A stretch of DNA of 64,000 nucleotides from Antedon mediterranea (Eukaryota; Animalia; Echinodermata): NCBI RefSeq assembly GCF_964355755.1, contig NC_092674.1:8184001-8248000 (forward strand), read 5' to 3'. How positions within the stretch are numbered: the first letter of the stretch is position 1; each line of letters starts with the position of its first letter. The notes under the pieces were generated by a model. That model was given only the letters and a program-made list of their open reading frames with translations, was not told the origin of the DNA and made no database searches. Shown in pieces: positions 61,766 to 64,000 of the stretch. The position numbers and the translations under genes were made by a program.

Positions 61766-63768
61766 ATTAATAAGAACAAACGTATGCTGTATATTTTTAT
61801 TAGAATACAAATTTACATAAATTGGTGGCGCTATTATGAAACTGTACATGTCAAAGAAACCTTGTGCATAAAATATGTTCTTCAACTATTAGACCAACTA
61901 TTGTTGTGTGATAAAAGCTAGATATTAATATTGTTTTGGCGAGCACAAATTCATTTGATTATGTTTTAATTAAGCGTACTGTTTCATAGAAAATGTAGAT
62001 CTGAAAACTTACATATACTACAGTATAATAATGAAATACACATCAGATTGCGTTTTAATATTAAGTTCGCTCGAGAATTGTTTTGGAAGGACGCTCTCTA
62101 ACGTCTGTCAAATTTCTTCTTTTCAATTTTAACTACTGTACCCGCAAGTTAATAATAATTACTATATAATCTATTGCAATCCATAAATACCCAACACAGA
62201 TTGCCGCAATTTATTTTTCTTTTAAATCATCAATTCATAAGTGCATAAGTACTATAGACCTACCTATGCCTAGTATACACTATTTGCTTAGGACTAAGAC
62301 CTAATTATGTACACATAGCCACCAAAGAGGAACATGTTACCATGTCATTCCTTAACTATGGGTTACCAGGTTATGTAGCTATTAGTAATACAGCAACAAC
62401 ACAGAGGCATAAAAAGAACTGTTTCAGTACCGCTACGCGATTTTTCTTTACGTACATAAGTTGGGGACCCCTCATGAAACGTCACAAAATAAACATGAAT
62501 ATTCATTAGTCATATCTATAAGAGGTGACGTAAGAATTGAGCTGACTGCAATTAGCTAATGCAAATGCTTTCTGTCGAGCAGTCTGTGTAATAGTCGAGT
62601 GGATTAGACATGGACATGTGTATGTATTCAAGAGTAAATGAGCCTCATGCTATACATACTAGGACGACAACTTAACGATCGACGATAAATAGATAAACGT
62701 AAATAACAAATAAATACATTTGCAAAGTGTTCATCCCGGATAACCATTTATTAGATAAAAATATTTTGTTTGTAATCCAATAAAATGACGTCCTGATCAA
62801 CAAGAACAATAAAATCGTTGTATCGTCACAATAGCATTGCTCTTATTAATCATGACGTCATCTGATTTGACGTGTGAAAATATTGTTTTCAGGCAGCAAA
62901 AAATGGTTTTCTATACATAGTTCTAGGATGAACATTTTCTTTTGTTATATGTAAGAAAAAGTTATCACCGATCGTTTTCGTCCTTTGTAAACATTATAAT
63001 GTTTCAACCAGCAGACATCGGTAGGTATATCCGCAGCATTTTGTTGAGTTGTCAAATTCTCTAGTTCTATACTTATTGAACAGCTTATAAGTTTGAAAGG
63101 GGCAGTTACTCGATCATTTTAAAACATGCACATTTTTAACAATAAAGAATGTACCGTAATAATGCACTCTGTAAGTTTTGTCTTTGATGTAGGCCTACAT
63201 TGGCATTATATTTCTTCCCAATTAAATTGTTTCCACATTAGGCTTAATTCTAGAAAAAACAGTCCGATGTAGAATGTACAAATATTCAAAAACAAATAAA
63301 TGGTCCTCGGAAAAGCTGGTACTAGAAACGGTGCATTTTTTAACGTATAAATAATTTCTTTCTAGAACATGATTAAATTCTTCTGTAGATTCTATAAGAC
63401 ATAGACCTAAATACATATACAACGCCCTCTATATTCTTATGTACATGGTGGGATAAATAAGGCACACATGCACTTATTTAATGCTAAAATTTTCGTCAAT
63501 AAAATAATATATTTGCACAGTGATTATTGCCGAAATTGCTATATTTATATATGTCATAACAAACCTTAAATATAATTAACCGTATATAAATTGCTATAGA
63601 GTAAAATCTTACTGTGCATTTTCTACCCCTGAAATAAGACTTAATGCTACTTACAATATTTAAACATCTTTTTTGAAAAATACACAACCTAGATCTAGTT
63701 GCTATCGGACGCGATTAAAAGAAAACGTGAATGCAGAAAGTAACGTAGGTAAACATGCGTCTGTATTC

Positions 63769-63887
63769 AGCTTGGTTCTCACTAGGACGCAACGCAAGGA
63801 CTTAGACGCAACGTAAAGCTTGGTTCCCACTAGAGACGCAACGTAACGCAATCTACGCAACGTAAGCGTCCTAGTGAGAACCAAGCT
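63769..63887. mobile_element. Harbinger-like MITE (AGCTTGGTTC(T/C)CACTAG family) with a duplicated left end
   Basis: Two left TIRs (63769 and ~63817) and one right TIR ctagtgagaaccaagct|tta. Confidence 0.78.
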
Positions 63888-64000
63888 TTATTAGCAGAAA
63901 CACTCCTATCATCAAGTTTTATATTTTGCGACGACAGGATTTACTCTCTTTGACGTTTACCGGTACTTTCTGATCTGGCATACGTAGAGTTTCGTTTTTA

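Noticed and set aside
59220-64000. A divergent neighbouring gene from a bidirectional promoter
   Set aside because: No exon-like ORF with splice signals or recognisable protein on the + strand within the window.

Overview
AT-rich animal genomic DNA, probably an invertebrate deuterostome (inferred from a Deu-domain SINE and the transposon spectrum). It is not prokaryotic and contains no CRISPR, rRNA or intact tRNA that I can support. The window holds the promoter and 5' end of a discs large (dlg1/SAP97-type MAGUK) gene on the minus strand. Three coding exons (58765-58747, 47218-47087, 11894-11761) splice in frame to give the N-terminal L27 domain ([82 protein letters not shown]...). There is also a candidate 39-nt cassette microexon (19590-19552) and a candidate downstream or alternative-start exon (235/199-128). 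The 11.5-kb, 35-kb and 11.5-kb introns are filled with non-autonomous DNA transposons (Tc2/mariner-, Mutator-, Harbinger-, Kolobok-, hAT-, P- and Crypton-like), SINEs and decayed LINE/Penelope fragments. The most unusual signals are: (1) pervasive TA-anchored micro-insertions (CTGTA, CAGTA, GGCCTA, GCCTA) that differ between sibling repeat copies and look like stacked transposon excision footprints; (2) a three-layer nested transposon beside an uninterrupted sibling copy; (3) the microexon that repeats the DIQ start of the next L27 exon; (4) a 31-bp P-like element made only of TIRs; (5) a Pol III tRNA-like cassette carried inside a 9-bp-TSD DNA element. Most ORFs in the supplied track are repeat artefacts. 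Family assignments were made by eye from termini and TSDs, without database searches.
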